Assembly: GCA_964016885.1 (NCBI GenBank)
Contig: OZ024740.1
Span: forward strand, 299,522,001 to 299,586,000
Reading direction: 5' to 3'
Origin: Eledone cirrhosa
Lineage: Eukaryota
Length of the DNA: 64,000 nucleotides
A model generated the notes under the pieces. The model searched no databases. It had not been told where the DNA came from and saw nothing but the letters and a program-made list of their open reading frames with translations. Every line of letters starts with the position of its first letter. The stretch's first letter is position 1. Position numbers and translations under genes: made by a program. Positions 1-15,010 of the stretch are shown one piece after another.

Positions 1-208
1 CACCAATATTAATAAGAATTTACATATGATCATGACTATTAATACAATCTGTGTAATATCAGTTAATTTGCAAGTAGCATTTACAAGGCCCACGGACGTT
101 TTTCGTGTATTGTAATAACGAGTCGCTTATAGAAAAGCAGATGAGAGATAGAAATTAACAGAATACAGCAAATTGTTTTCAAAGCGATAGAAAATACGAT
201 TGATCGAG

Positions 209-211
<3 letters not shown>

Positions 212-284
<73 letters not shown>

Positions 285-334
285 ATGTGTGTGTGTGTGT
301 GTGTGTGTGTCTGTGTGCGTGTCTCTGTGTGTGT
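212..334. repeat. compound (TA)n/(TG)n microsatellite
   Basis: Direct dinucleotide runs; representative of dozens of such tracts in the window. Confidence 0.95.
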
Positions 335-1960
335 GAGTAGAGAGGGAGAGAAAGCGAGGGAGAAATAAATGAAAGGGAAAAAGGAAAAGAGACGAAAGTA
401 TTTATTAAAATGCATAATAGGGTGCTAGAATCTGTAACAGTGAATCTAAGAAAGTTACAGATTTTCCTCGCATACCATATTGTATGAGATCAAACGTAAA
501 TTGATAATTATGCAGCAATTATTGGGTTTATTAAGCATTAAGCATAAAATGTCTAAAGGAATTAAAGTCAGGAGTTCGAACGAGATGTAGTAGTAGCATC
601 TTGAAGAACACCATTCAGTTTGTAAATGGAAATCCGAAGAAAAACAACGCCTAAATTATATAAATAAAAATAACAACAAAACAATATCCACTCCCTAACA
701 TTTAAGTAACACCGTCCCATCATACTTCATTTCTTCCAATCTCTTTCTACTTTATAGATCTAAGAAGTGGGCAATTAATAATTATAATGAGCTTAATAAT
801 ACATGAGATGCTATATTTAATGGTGGTCTAAAAGTATTGATAGCTCACAAGGACTGCACAGTCCCACCTGACAATCATAAAACCAAAGATACTTCAAGAA
901 GAATAATATAAAATTCGTATCTGTAATAGTATTTGAATAAACATCATTGAAATAGTTGCTTATTAGATTGAACTGAAACCAAGTTGACTTCGTTTTCTAT
1001 ATTGTATTTCTCACACATATTAATTTCTCACATGTATTCCTTGCTTTCCTTTCCCATCCTCTTTCTACGCTTAAACTTTATATCTTTCCGCACAATGCTT
1101 CTCCTTTTCTCCCTTCGCCATATTCTGATTTTGGAAAATGAGAGAATGAGAGCTGGAAAGATGGAGGAAAAGAGTTGAGTGAGAGAAAGTGAGAATGAGA
1201 GCGAGTGACGGTGTGTATGTGTGTGTGTGTGTGTATGTTGGGGGGGGGGGGGGAGAGACAGAGAAATAAAGATACACGGGAAGGAGAAAGGCAAAGAAAG
1301 AGACTGGCGTTGATTTCTTTTCTTTATTCGCAATATATAATCCTGTTTCGATTCGTCATTTCCCATTGCCTGTTCTGCTAACGCCCTTAGCAATGACACA
1401 ATAGCCATTATCTGTTGTTTAAAACGGCCAACTTTTTAGGGTTATTTAAGCAATACTGTATATTGTTCTAGCTTCCATAAAATAAAACCCAGCAAGTCGA
1501 GAGAATGATTAATTTTCGATTTTCTGTGTTAACACTTCTCCCCATCTACTTAATTTCTATTACTGCTAATGGCAGTGACCAACCCATTATGTAATGCTCT
1601 CTCTGTGTCGGATTGACAATACCGTGGATAATATTCCTCTATTGCAAGCATCTCACGCTGCTTTCAGTGAATAGTCGGTTGTTGTTGTTCGGCCTAATCG
1701 AGTAGGCGTAGTAACAAAGGCAAAGAACCATGGTGTTCCTGTCATATTTATTTTCCAGAAATAATTTATCCCTGTCCATAAGTTTTTTATTGACACATTA
1801 TAATGTAGTTTCAAATAGATTTGGCTGCTATTTCAAGATACAAAGTGAAGGCTTCCAGAATACTAAGCTGTAAACCGAGGTTGGGTAAATAGTTTCCAGA
1901 ATGTGTGTATATGTGCGAAGTGTGTTTGATTGACGTAACTAAAGGTGTTTATATTTAATA

Positions 1961-2072
1961 ATTGTTTCTACTTTTGGCACAAGGCCAGTAATTACCCAGT
2001 ACATTACTGGTACTTTATTTTATCGACCCCGTAAGGATGAAAGGCGAAGTTAATCTCGACGGGATTTGAACT
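1961..2072 (-). mobile_element. tRNA-derived octopod SINE, 5'-truncated copy
   Basis: Matches the family core tactttattttatcgaccccgtaaggatgaaaggc..aacctcggcgggatttgaac repeated many times in this window. Confidence 0.85.
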
Positions 2073-2760
2073 ATATACACATATGATTTTGATACATATG
2101 ATAAACTGCTCGTGGTCCAGTGAACAATGATGAAAAGCAAGTTGTATGCTGTACTGTGTTGTATTTTATAGATCAAGTAATGTAGCTCAGAAATGATCAC
2201 AACTCACCTATTATTGTCTCGCTGCCAGTTGGAAAATTCCAATGTTGATAGTACTGATTAGATCCATGGAAATCTATGTAACTCTTACATTAAAAATGTA
2301 ATTAATATTTAGCAATTTAACATATGGAAATAAGTATAATGTTGATTTTTAATTTTATATTTCCAAGGAGTATTTAACAACTGCAACATTTGGTTTCACC
2401 AACTCTTTCTGGGATGACAAGGATAAAATTTAACAAAGAACGTATTCAATACGCCAGAGAAAAAGATTAGATATGTCTTTTGTATGAATGAAAAGAAAGT
2501 AAATTCTACATGAGAAATTACTGTAAAAAATTGCATACTCGCAACTATACTCATAAATGTATCAAAATACGCAGTCTTGCCACAGGTTAAAACAATATTT
2601 ATATTAGTGTTCGTGAGTATATCTTCCATGCTCCTGTTTTTGTCTTAAGCAAATGGGTTAACATATCATGTTCATCCTCCTCCAATACAAGTACTATTTA
2701 TGCATATAAACCTAGTGTCTAATCGTGGAACGGAGTACGTACGAAATGTCCAGAAATGAT

Positions 2761-2805
<45 letters not shown>

Positions 2806-2810
<5 letters not shown>

Positions 2811-3067
2811 AGATTCAGAACCTCGACGGCTGAGCACCGGCCGATTCGACAGCTAGATCCGAACTAAAGCGCCAAGTATTCGAGAGGCGGGAATCCAGAT
2901 TGAAGCTGCTCGAATACTGGTGCTTTAGTTCGGATGTAGCTGTCGAAACGATCGGAGCTCAGCCGCCGGGGTCCTGAATCTTTTCATATTACCCACTCTA
3001 CTACCCCAAATATCGAGTACTCTGGTGGATTATGGTCTATCTAAGTTTTTCCTCAGCCTATCTGATA
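2806..3067 (+). mobile_element. (TA)n-flanked fold-back module (hairpin plus 3' tail), family shared with 51085-51216, 58967-59130, 34575-34620
   Basis: About 78-bp imperfect inverted arms (2806-2884 / 2909-2988), then a tail ccactctactacccc..atcgagtactctggtg also seen at 59055-59100. Confidence 0.75.
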
Positions 3068-4796
3068 TATATATATACCACAATGCGTAACAACTTACAA
3101 TAAGTGACAACTTACAACGTTCAAACATTAACCGAGTGAACACTGCGATCCAGGCTGCGTTTCAACTTTCGTATACAGTGTATATCCACCGCTGTGAGAT
3201 ATAGTATATTAGAGTAACACTCTAGGATCATAACGCTCACATAAATTTGGCAATTTTCCCGTTGATACAAGGAAACACATCGAAGATTTAAAATAGCGTT
3301 GAGGATATTCATTTTCTATCTTCTCCATCATATTTAATGGTGTGCATGAAATGTTCATTCCACCTTTAAAGTTACTATCATTATCATTTTATTCAATTTG
3401 CATTTTACTCAAAACTCCGCTTTCCAGTTTAATCTACCGAGTTAGCCATTGCGTAAATTTAGATTATAATCCTCTAGCCTTGTCCGCTTTACTCACTCAT
3501 ATCCCTCCATTCTTGTCTCTTACCACCGTCATATTCCTATAATAACAGTTGAATTTTAGTAGTTAATACGATAGATAAAGTTTTTATGACTGTTATTCTA
3601 CGATAAGTATGACCAATTTGCCATCACATATTATTTTCTGTCGGAGATGGTGGGTACGACATAGAAAGAGAAATATTGTGTTAAAGAACGAGTATGTATG
3701 AGAACGATGGAGAAAAAAACGAAAGAGATTGGGCGAGCACATGAGTGCGTGTGTGTGTGTGTGTGTGTGTGTTCGTATCTGCGTGTGAGTGTGTGTTTGT
3801 GTGTGAAAGAGACTGATAGGATATAAGAGAAAGACAGTGTGAGAATATAAGAGAGAGTGTATGTGTTGAGAGAAAAATTTAAATATTAGAGTATGTGCCT
3901 AGATGAATAGACATAGAGACGTAGAAGGAAAGGAAGAAAAGAGACTGTGAGTGGCAAAGAAGGGCGAGAATGATACAGAAAAAGTGTAAAATATTGAGAT
4001 TTATAGCGGTTGGGTTATTATTACCGAATATCTGTTATTAAGTTGTGAATAAGTAAAACCATTAAAATATGACAGTTGTAAAATGTAGCTTTTCACTTTG
4101 CAACTTCTGTGGGGAAAACAATCAATATATTCTGGCAAATACTACTGTCTTGTTCGAAACCTGTTAGTGATTGACGGAGATATTTTCCTAATCTTATGGC
4201 AACTGTTATAGAGAAAATCGTTAATACTTGTTTTACCCACTCCATATATTTGATTCTATATTTGTTCACATGATTATATTTTCACCTACTAAATTTCTAA
4301 AATCCGACATAAATGTAGTAATTACCGACTAGAACCCTTTATCAATACTACTCATATTTATCTTCATAAAAGAAACGTACTAATTACTACAATGAATTTC
4401 CCTTCACCAGTACTTGCTATTCTTGGAATTGTTTACCTATGTCTTATGATCTTCATTATAACAGTAATGCAGTAGTGTGTTCCCAGGAAGCGGAATTTAG
4501 GAATAACTTCCTAGTTTCGTTTTTAACGTTTTCCACCTCTTGTCTCTTTAATACATTATAAAAAAAACATTTTCACTTTTATTAAAGAGACATTCCCATT
4601 CTTTTCCCATGTAGTAAATCATTATTAAAAGTGAAAAGAAAGTACGATTTCCAATTGTTGGCAATTTGCCCCATTTATATATTTAATGTTTTCTGAAGGT
4701 CACAAAGTGACAAAATATGTTCTATCAATATTAATTCCAAATTGTAATATCGTATTAGATCTATTGTATGATCATTATCAAACACGTTATATAATG

Positions 4797-5016
4797 TACG
4801 ATGGGGTGCTGGAAAGTTCCAGGCTTTAAGGTTATCGCGAAAGGTTTGAACTGTTACCTTTAGAGGGGATGTTGGACTGCTGCAATAAGTGTGTGAATCT
4901 GAGAGGGGAATATGTTGAATAAAATCACAATTAAGTGTTCCTCCTGTATTTTACTTTAACTGATGGTCCTGTATTCTCTTTTACCCAACGCCAGGAAACT
5001 TTCAGCATCCCTCATA
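4797..5016 (+). mobile_element. Tc1/mariner-derived MITE
   Basis: TA-bounded ~27-bp TIRs (tacgatggggtgctggaaagttcc / ggaaactttcagcatccctcata); internal KCVNLRGEYVE* resembles the mariner transposase C-terminus. Confidence 0.75.
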
Positions 5017-5938
5017 TTGTTCCTACAATCGTTGGGGTTCAAATAAAAAGCTGTATTGTTTATAGAACCACCTTATGCTATGTATGTTATATAATAGTTC
5101 GAGTGTACCATTCCTATTGTATAACATACAATGTGGATACATCTTTGATATTCACAGAATGCAAGAAGACTGCTGCACACAGAGAATTCCTCGTCTGTCA
5201 CACTCTCGCCTCCTGTCAATGATCATAAAGTACATTTTGCTATTTAATTTACCTAGCAATAAATATGAACATTTGAGAGAGACTCATACCCATTGTACAG
5301 GTAGTAAATAATGACGTGCTTGCTTAGGTTGTACCATGAATATATTTTAGTAAACTGAATGTCGTTTTCATATATACATTGCATGAGAAAGTAGTTTTCA
5401 GGTCTACGATCAAATATATTATGGGACTTACCAGTATCAACGCCATAAAGCAATACTACAAGGAACCTCTAATTCACAAAGGATGTCATTAGCTGATTGA
5501 TTGAGTCTTGTTTGCTTTCATTTAGCCCTCTAAATATTTAGATTTCAGAGTAATATTGAGGAAATCCAACAGAGTCGAGATTATCTTAGGCGTATCATTA
5601 CTAGTGCACAGAAAGACTGAGTAGCTTTGATAGAGCTTCATACATATTAATTAAGGAATACAGACGATTGAACAGATTTCAGTAGATTATTGTTACTACT
5701 GAACTCTAGCGTGGCTGGGGGATTAAAAGATATTTTTCACAAAAATAGATTGGAATGTAGAACGGAAAGATGTATAAAGAAATGGGGTGAGATATTTACT
5801 TAACTATTTATAATAATCCACGGTATTTTCATGGGGATGTTTACCATATTATTGATAACATCGGTACAACGAAAAAAACATAAGAAATGCGTATAATTGT
5901 TTGAATCGACAGCCACCATATTAATAGTAATTATTCAC

Positions 5939-6032
5939 GCCGAGGTTAACTTTGCTTTCATCCTTACGGGGGTCGATAAAATACCAGTAATGTACTGATT
6001 AATTGCTGGCCTTGTGCCAAAAGTAGAAACAA
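5939..6032 (+). mobile_element. octopod SINE fragment
   Basis: gccgaggttaactttgctttcatccttacggg..gtcgataaaatacc..ggccttgtgccaaaagtagaaacaat. Confidence 0.8.
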
Positions 6033-6866
6033 TTATTTACTAGGCTACAGAATGAAGATGAGAAAAATCATTCCTCTTAGCTCTCAAATTCAGAAAGTGC
6101 AATTGATGCATAATTACATTTGATAAGCTAACGTTTCTGACATCATCCTTCGTTGAATAGAAAATTAATACCAAAAGTATAACATTTAATGAGAGAAAAG
6201 GAGAGAGATATAACAACTGATTGTGAACAGGAGGAATCTCAGAGAATATGAACAGAAATATACGTGTTAGTTTTAGCAGTGATTAACTTATGGATATTGT
6301 ATCATTGTTACACTTGCAGTTGCTGTTGTTTAGCGTTTTGAGATTTAATCAATCAGACATATTATCAATGATATTCCTGCCGTGTCTATCATATGTGTTT
6401 TTCAGTTTCTTATAAATACACAATATATCCTGGTATATATTACCCAATACACTAAAGGTCGGAGGTCTGGCAGATGTGTCCAGAAGATCGGATAGCCTTG
6501 TAGATTTAATCATGGACACTTTGTTTGAAAGATAATATGAAATTTGTTGTTAGAGTTTTGACTACCACGTTAACGACTATTAAGCAGCCCCGTAGATGCG
6601 CATGCCATTGGCTCCAGTTGTACAGTTTCAAAGCCAGAATTTCAATTACAGTCTCTCATATATATATAATGCTCGATCATTTTAGCGCCCAATATTCCAG
6701 TCAGAGTATTGGATATTTTCAGATTGTTCTATTTTCTTCTTATTCATTATATATCTCATGAGACACTGTTAATATTGTAATGTAGAGAGTTCCTCTTTCA
6801 TCCTCACCCACGTCTTTCTTGTAATTTCTCCGCTCTCTCTCTCACTGTCACCCTCCCTTTCTCTCG

Positions 6867-6924
<58 letters not shown>

Positions 6925-7010
6925 AAAACCATTTTCTTCAATATATCTTCACTGACTGAATCTCTTCATCGGTTGTTTAAATCCCATTATTTTTCTCTTC
7001 TCTTTCTCTC

Positions 7011-7076
<66 letters not shown>

Positions 7077-7104
7077 AACACTTGTATATATATATATAAA
7101 CACT

Positions 7105-7162
<58 letters not shown>

Positions 7163-7926
7163 AGTGTTTATATTTCTCTGTGTTTCAGCGGAAACAATGG
7201 CTATCACGTGATATGAACAGCTTCGACGTACACAATTCATACATCTAATTACCGGCATATCTTTAATACTTTATTCATATATCTATTTATTTATTGCAAA
7301 AAATAGGGCGAATACAAGTCAATGTTGAGGATGGAATTGTGATTCGATCACCCTATAGGCAATTGTGCATCACGTGTTCATTGAATACATTCACAAAGCT
7401 ATTGATCTCCTCTGATCAAATTAACTCGTTTCTTTGCCCGCCTCTCCATTCAGAGTAATGGTGCTTTTCATTCACTATTGAAATTTCTCCGCATTGGTCA
7501 GCACGCCAGAGCAGAATGCTTGCATGCGGTATTATTTAGCAAAGAGTTTTATCCTCACATACGAACAGTACTACCGTGTAAGGTTAATAATCTTTTATTA
7601 TATTGAACTCATATATATATATATATATATATACATACGTACATACATACATATATATATATATATGTGAATGCATGTGTACTCATATGTGTACTCATAT
7701 ATGGTTACATCGGATATTTGCATGAGTATTCAAATATTTCCCCTTATCTACATGATTAATACCATAAAATAGAATATATGTGACACAAACGTTCGCGCAC
7801 ATAAAGAGACACACGCAGCTGAATGTTTATATATATATATACAAGCAAACACATACATATATATAATATAATATATAATATAATATAATATATATATATA
7901 TATATATTGTATAATATATACACATA

Positions 7927-8035
<109 letters not shown>

Positions 8036-8531
8036 TATATATAATGTGTATGCATATATATGTATATGTGTATATATGCGTGCGTATGTGTACTCATTTA
8101 CATATACACAATTACACATAAATATATATATTTTTCAGTACTCAACACACAAACACAGATGCACGCACATGAACATACATATTTTCTTATATGATGTTAT
8201 ATCTGCATGACAGATAACATAAGGCAGGCAATTTAACAAACATATTTCACATAGGAAAAAGGAAATAACATTCTAGGGAATATTCTTTTTCTTTTCCATT
8301 GAAACATTCTCCAATTGTGTACCTCTACCTACACAGCTCCTTTAATCTTGAGATTATTTTCCTTGCTTTGGCATTTTCTTACCATGTCATTTGCTTTTTA
8401 ACTATGCTCTTTATTTCATTGCATTTCTCTTTTACATTTCATCAAATCTTTGACAACAACAAACAAATAACAGCAATAAAAAAATGACAGTAATAATGAT
8501 GATGATCATGGTGATGTTAAATAATAACAAC

Positions 8532-8542
8532 AGTAGTAGTAG

Positions 8543-8606
<64 letters not shown>

Positions 8607-8631
8607 TGTAGTAGTACTTTTTGTAGTAGTA
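8532..8631. repeat. (TAG)n microsatellite at the 3' end of a Tx1-like LINE
   Basis: Direct agt/tag run. Confidence 0.95.
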
Positions 8632-9562
8632 AAACTATTTTCTTTATTAGCCCCACAGGGCTCACATTAAGGAATCATGAAATACGGTACAGTACGATAC
8701 AGTGTGGGTTTCTTCTTGTGTAAAATAACATTTATAACAGAGACTAAGAAAACAAACTTTAAAAAAACTAAAATAACAAATTCCCTAAGGGTGAGGAGAC
8801 TCCAAGGTTCAATCGTGGAAAAATCCCACAAAAGGCACAATCGTTCTGTCCGTTAGGGCAAAGTACCCTCACGCAGTTTTTCACCTCCACTCTACAGTGC
8901 AGGCCCATTCACACAGACCAAGCTTATCATTCTTACGCAATTTCAAACGCATCCACCAAAGTGCTTCTTTCGCCATGGCCACCAGACAGATAAAAATTGC
9001 CTGTCCTTCTCTTCTAAAGGAAGATGGTGGGGCGATTTTCACAATGGATTCAGTTGATAGTCGTATCCGTCCTACACGTGAAAGCAGATGCTCGACATAA
9101 ACCCACATGTCAGCAATACTCGGCCACTCGACGAGTGCGTGCAGCACTGGTTCGTCGCCCTGGGTGCACCTCCGACATGCCCGACTGACGGCACTTTTAT
9201 GCTTGTAGATTTTCTCTCGAACTGGCTAAGCTCCTCGGTAGCACTGCCATGCCGGGGATTTCTAGAAGTTCTCCATAGGGCCTGAACCAAGAGTCCTCTG
9301 GAAAAAAAATGTGCCTAACAAAAGGCGACCACCCCTGTTCACTATCAGGGAAAAGTTGGAGATGTTCGTAGCCTCATCGCATATTTGCGCTTCATCAGCC
9401 CCGGCATACCCAATCCTCCACATAGTGGATGTTGACAACAAATGGACCACCTGGCCAATTGAACCTGACTCTTCACAAAAAGCGAAAGAGGAAATATTCC
9501 AGTGTAATCAGACGTGGACTAGAACAAGGCAAGACGGCCAGGCGGAAATAATAGTAAATCGT
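8632..9562 (-). mobile_element. L1/Tx1-clade LINE 3' fragment (decayed ORF2 C-terminus and 3'UTR)
   Basis: Peptides YYFRLAVLPCSSPRL and HALVEWPSIADMWVYVEHLLSRVGRIRLSTESIVKIAPPSSF are homologous to the 54689-58197 element; minus-strand AATAAA near 8643. Confidence 0.85.
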
Positions 9563-10447
9563 ACTTACTAGTACTGACCATATTTTGTGAAGAGCATTGT
9601 CACTGTAATGTTGGGAGGATAAAACCACGTTGTACCCATGGACAAGACGGTACACTTTACCCATTATATATTTTATAACAATTAGTTCTCTATGAAGCTG
9701 GAAAAATGTGTCATAACAATCACCCACCCCAGGCCCTTGGTGGTATGTAAGTGAATATAGAGATATCAGAAGAAAATAATGATAATAATATCAACAATGA
9801 TAGTAATATTGAAGCTGATGAAGAATTAGAAGACAAAAAAAAAAAAAAAAAATCGAGAAGCAAAATCTCATTTTCGATGATAAGATTATATTGAATGATG
9901 TTTTGACCATGTCTCATTATCAATGGATAGCAGAAGGTCTTTACAGAAGTAAGCTCCCTCAAGCAAGTGTTTCGTCCCTAATTTGTAATGTTATTTTGAA
10001 AATGTTTAAATCCAAAAAGTTTCGATTTCATTACTAATATTAATAATTTGTTTCGTGTACTATTCATTTATATTATCTTTATGGTCATCCAATATAAATA
10101 TTGTTGCTAACGAACAAACAAAACCGGCAACTAAATCTCTGTCACGTTTTCTATTCAAATTAGAAGCATTTCCACATGCTGTGTTTCTAAAATTAATTAA
10201 ACATTCATGATGAGCAGGGTTCAATAACTCTGCAGAGGAAATATTTTTCAGCGGGTGATGTAGCATATAGAAATTCTCTCTTTTCACTGGTTCTCCTCCT
10301 TAGGGTGAAAATTGATGCCGTTATCAAAGCTTTATTCTCTGCCTCAGTATAAAGATCTTCCGAGATTAAAACCTGCATCAGGAGAAACAGCTACGCAGAC
10401 TTGAATATATTTAAAACGATAACGCTCGGTAATAATGATTTTTAAAT

Positions 10448-10585
10448 TTAGCACAAGGCCAGCAATTTGGAGTAAGAGGAAAGTTGATTATATCTACTAC
10501 AATATTTAACTAGTACTTTATTTTACCGACCTCAGAAGGATGATATGCAACGTTGACCTCGGCGCGGGATTTAAACTCGGAACGT
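10448..10585 (-). mobile_element. diverged octopod SINE
   Basis: gcacaaggccagcaa...tactttattttaccgacctcagaaggatga..gacctcggcgcgggatttaaactc. Confidence 0.7.
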
Positions 10586-12959
10586 AGAAAGTTTCTGCCA
10601 ATCGTATACCCTACAACCCTAATCATAACTTAGCTCAATACTCAACACCGTTTTTAACCAATACCAATTGATGAAGGTAACCTCTTGAGGACGAGTGCTT
10701 TGTCAGACACTTCCCTATTGATCTCATGCCTGGCAATACACTGCAGAACTTATTTCTCACTGCCGCAATACATTTGTAGGTACTAAACTTGCCCCTGACA
10801 TGGATCTGATCAGTGTAAACAGCAACCTCCTAAAACATTATCACGTTGTGCTATTTCATAAGATATTATATGAGAGCTGAGAAAGGCTATTGGAGTGTCA
10901 GTAGAAGATTAGTGTTTCGTGCACAGTCACTTTTGTCCATAGCTAAATTACATAACACTCACATCTAATGCTCTTGTAAGTTTGAATAATAATTACCTGC
11001 ACCCGATAAGACTGTCGTATATTGTCAATAGATTGACTAGCTGTTTGAAAATAGGTGAGCTTCATTAAAGCTGAGGTTACACAAAATAGGTGAGATCTAT
11101 CAAAACAACAAACTTTTAGATTGATGGACACTCTTAATTTTTACCATATCCTGGAGAGAACGTTAACGATATCAAGTTTTCGCTAAAGGCGTTAGGTACA
11201 CATTACGTTTGTGACATTGAAATGCATTTATGTACACGTGTACGCACACTCAATCACACGCACACACATACACACATGCGGCGCGCGCGCGTACACACAC
11301 ACACACAAACACGCGCGTTCGCTTGCGCCGAAGAATATTTTATAAATTTAATACAGTTGCAATATTCTGTGATATACTTTCAACAGCATATCATATTGTA
11401 TGCAATTCATGATACCTATGAAGAGAAATTCCTTATTCGAAAGCAAAATAAAGAAATCCACGAAATTACAATTCTTAGTATGAGGCCGCAAGCAATTCAA
11501 GTCTGACTTGATATTTTTCAAATGAATCAGAAAAAGTATCAAAGAAAAAAATATTAAACCTACTGAAATGATTTTAATTGTGAGTCAACCGAATAGAGAA
11601 ATCTGTTACTATATGATTTGCCATAGAGATTCTTTTTCATCTATGTCATTTCCATATGCTCTATTCGTTCAGTTATTTCGTAATCCGCGATAGGTATAAT
11701 AATAGTGATTCTATTCTAACAGAAGTGCAATACCACACAATCTGAGAAAGAGTATATTTTATCAAACCGAATCGAAGACAGGCTAAGTACCTTTGGAAGT
11801 TGACAATAATATCCTACCAGAATGTTCTCCAAACTGTCCCCATCAACGCAAGAAGCATTACCAAGCTAGCATCATTTTCTCACTCCTCTAACTGTCTGTA
11901 GAATTTTATGGCTGGCTTTCTGTTAATCACGCTATTTAGCTTGTAGTGTGCCATGAATAACTGTCTACATTCTAGATGCCAAAGTCTCTGCCTTTATCCA
12001 TGTTTTACTAAATACCATAGCACAGTCAAAGTGTCGAACTACATAAACGGCGTCTAAACATTTGTACTATCATCTCAGTGGTCAATAAAACGTAAGGGCT
12101 GCATCAATACCTGAGGCTGACTGCGTATCATCAGTGGTGACTTGCTGAGACCACTACGGACCGGATGCTGGTAACAGATTTTACTACTGGCCATGCTTTC
12201 TTTTTGCGATCATTCACAATTATATCGAGACTTGATCATTCTGTCGGTGTTTACAGGAAAATCCAATATGATTTTCACCTTCTCAGTGTCTTCTGCTGCA
12301 TCTGATTTAAGTTTGTACAATTTTGCTGTGTTTATGCTGCAAAACCAGTATATTATTCACTGTGTCAATATTGGCTTACTCTATCTTGCATAGTTTTATA
12401 CTCCTGGGGATTTGATACCAAGCTACCCGAAACCAGGCGTGTATTGTCTCAACCTGCTCTTCGTAAAATCAGCACTTTGGGACAGTTCCATTTCTGATGA
12501 TATTGGCTTGAAAGATACTGGTCTTCTGGAGCGAAGATTAAGCGCTCACACGCAGCTTTCATTGCAAAACTCCGCTACCACAGATGGGTGAGAGTTTGAT
12601 CTATATCAAGTTCTTTGCTGCGGTTTTATCTTCCATTTAGCACATAGTTTCCGTTGACCTTGATTTTTTACATTCATTGCTGAAATACCATCATTTTCAA
12701 AATGTTCTTTATTTGTTCTTAATTATCCCGTAAATTACCTACTTTCCTATGTGATTGAATGCAAATTCTTCTTCTTTTCCTGTTCTGCAACAATTTTCAG
12801 CATCTAGCCATGTGTAGTTTTATGGTATTGTTCGAGTCCAATGGATAATATTTTCATGATAGATCAAGTTAGGTCTTTTTTTCTGTCTACACTTCGCCTA
12901 GGGAGATATCACCGATCCACATCTGCTTTATATTATTAATATTTTTCGCTTGATTTCCA

Positions 12960-13320
12960 TGTTTTTTAATCTTCCGGCCGGGTCTCAACCAGATACCTAA
13001 GACACGTATACATTAGATACAAAGAGACCTCCTGAGAATTTAAAGACAGCAACATTTTTTAAACCTCGTAGACTGTTGATTTCCCTGGGATCTGTTCAAA
13101 GAATTTATTGGTACCTTTCTCGATCAATCCGAGGACACTCCAAAGAAGAGTTTGACTTTGGGTTTTAATGGCCACATCCTAAATATCTCAATCTCAATGT
13201 TCATGTATTTAGATAGTGTCTCAAATTCTTTTGTTGAGTTGTTTTTATCTGTCTCCTGGCCTGTCAAAATTTATATGCCTGTCTGTATGTATCCAGTAAT
13301 CCCATAAGATGGCAGCAATT
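12960..13320 (-). mobile_element. old R4/Dong-type (RLE) LINE 3' remnant
   Basis: Minus-strand ILWD..IQT and EFETLSKYMNIEIEIFRMW resemble the RLE domain (LWD..IQTD..RPD..EK..KY.DL..EI.R.W). Confidence 0.55.
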
Positions 13321-13696
13321 TCTCCCTCGATGACTGGCTGTGGATTGTGATCATACCCGTTCTTAGTACTGGGGTCGATTCGTCCTCTATGTCGCTTTCT
13401 CACGCTCCGTCACGCTTAAAATGACTAAGAAATGCCGTATGTCACAATGGCGCCCCAAAGACTCCATCAAGAAATAGGGGACAAAAGAAAGAAAAAGAAA
13501 CTATGCATGTATTACTATCAATTGACAATAATTTGTGTATAACATGTTTCGTGTTTTTGATTTGGTTGTGTACACACGCATACACACACACATGCATACA
13601 CACGCAAATACACAGCGGCAAACCCGTACTCACACACGCATACACACAGGAGTGGCGTACACACACACACACTCACTCACACAGACACACACACAG

Positions 13697-13730
<34 letters not shown>

Positions 13731-13830
13731 GTGTTTATACATCACTCTATTACTCTATTACGTATCATGATGCATGTAGTTTGTTATGTATATTTTTCCA
13801 TATCTGTAGTCATGTGAGTGGTGGTCGTGC

Positions 13831-13954
<124 letters not shown>

Positions 13955-14739
13955 AATTTGACAACACTTCAGTACACTTTATTTAGTTTTAATAGTATAT
14001 AACAACACAGAAATTATTAGAAATACATTTATACGTTCATTCGATATGTCTGCCAACAATGGTCTTAATTTAATTTATTAGATAACATTGCTGCATTAGC
14101 TTAGCTATAGGTTCAGTCAAATCTGTTATATTTTGAATGTTGTATCATGTAGTTTAAAAATATACCAATACGTTTGATGTCATAGTAAAATTTAGATGAA
14201 CAAACAATGGTGGCTCGATATCAGTATAAGAAAATTATATGTTTTTAATTCCATTCTTTTCAATGAATTCGCCATTTTACATAACCTGAAGCTATTCATG
14301 GCGAAGCAATAATATTTTGCTTTCTACATGCAATACTTTCGTAGCTTGTATCGTCTGATTTGCTATACATTTTCTAACTACCAACGTTTATAACTTATGA
14401 TTATTTATGCAGTTTTTCTATCCACAATTTAATCTAATGCTGTATGAAGAATGCTGCAATTTGCATTATAGCTAAAAGCAATTGAACACCATTTTATATG
14501 TAGTAAATATATTCCACAATGTAATAACTAACACATTTACCAAACTGAATTAAGAGCAAGACTTGCAGGCGGTCGTGCAGTATTGTGTTAGCTTTAGCAT
14601 TCGGTCATTAGCAGAAGAGAGGTAGGTGTAAAACCCAAAGTAGCTATCTTCAATTCGGTATTCGGGCCAACTCTTACTATGGTCAAGAATTCAGGGTAAT
14701 CACCGAAAGAATACGATCACGAAAGTAAGCGGCCAAAAT

Positions 14740-15010
14740 GGGATACCCCGGAAGAGTCTTTGGAATAACGTTACTCCATGAAGTGCGAAGCTCAAAGATC
14801 AGAGATTCGCTCCAGGTCGAGCCACTACTTCTCTAAATTGAGAGATCACAGCTCTGACGGTGCTGGCATGTATTTAGAATGTCTCGGCAAAAAATCATTG
14901 GATAGATTTTACGAGCGAAACCAGCCGTCAAGAGGCACAGTGGTAAACCACAAACAAGATGGTTTGATATCATCCACGGCTGGTCGAGTTTGGGGATTTA
15001 CCTGCATTAA
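14740..15010 (-). mobile_element. possible CR1/Jockey-like LINE 3' remnant
   Basis: Degraded minus-strand peptide NLSNDFLPRHSK resembles the SF.PRT.K.WN 3' motif; weak. Confidence 0.3.

Noticed and set aside
12490-12530. CTGATGA...GAAA
   Set aside because: No stem II, palindrome or UH/stem I; chance match
11800-12950. Coding-like composition, possible old RTE-type LINE on minus strand
   Set aside because: Too decayed to read diagnostic motifs by eye
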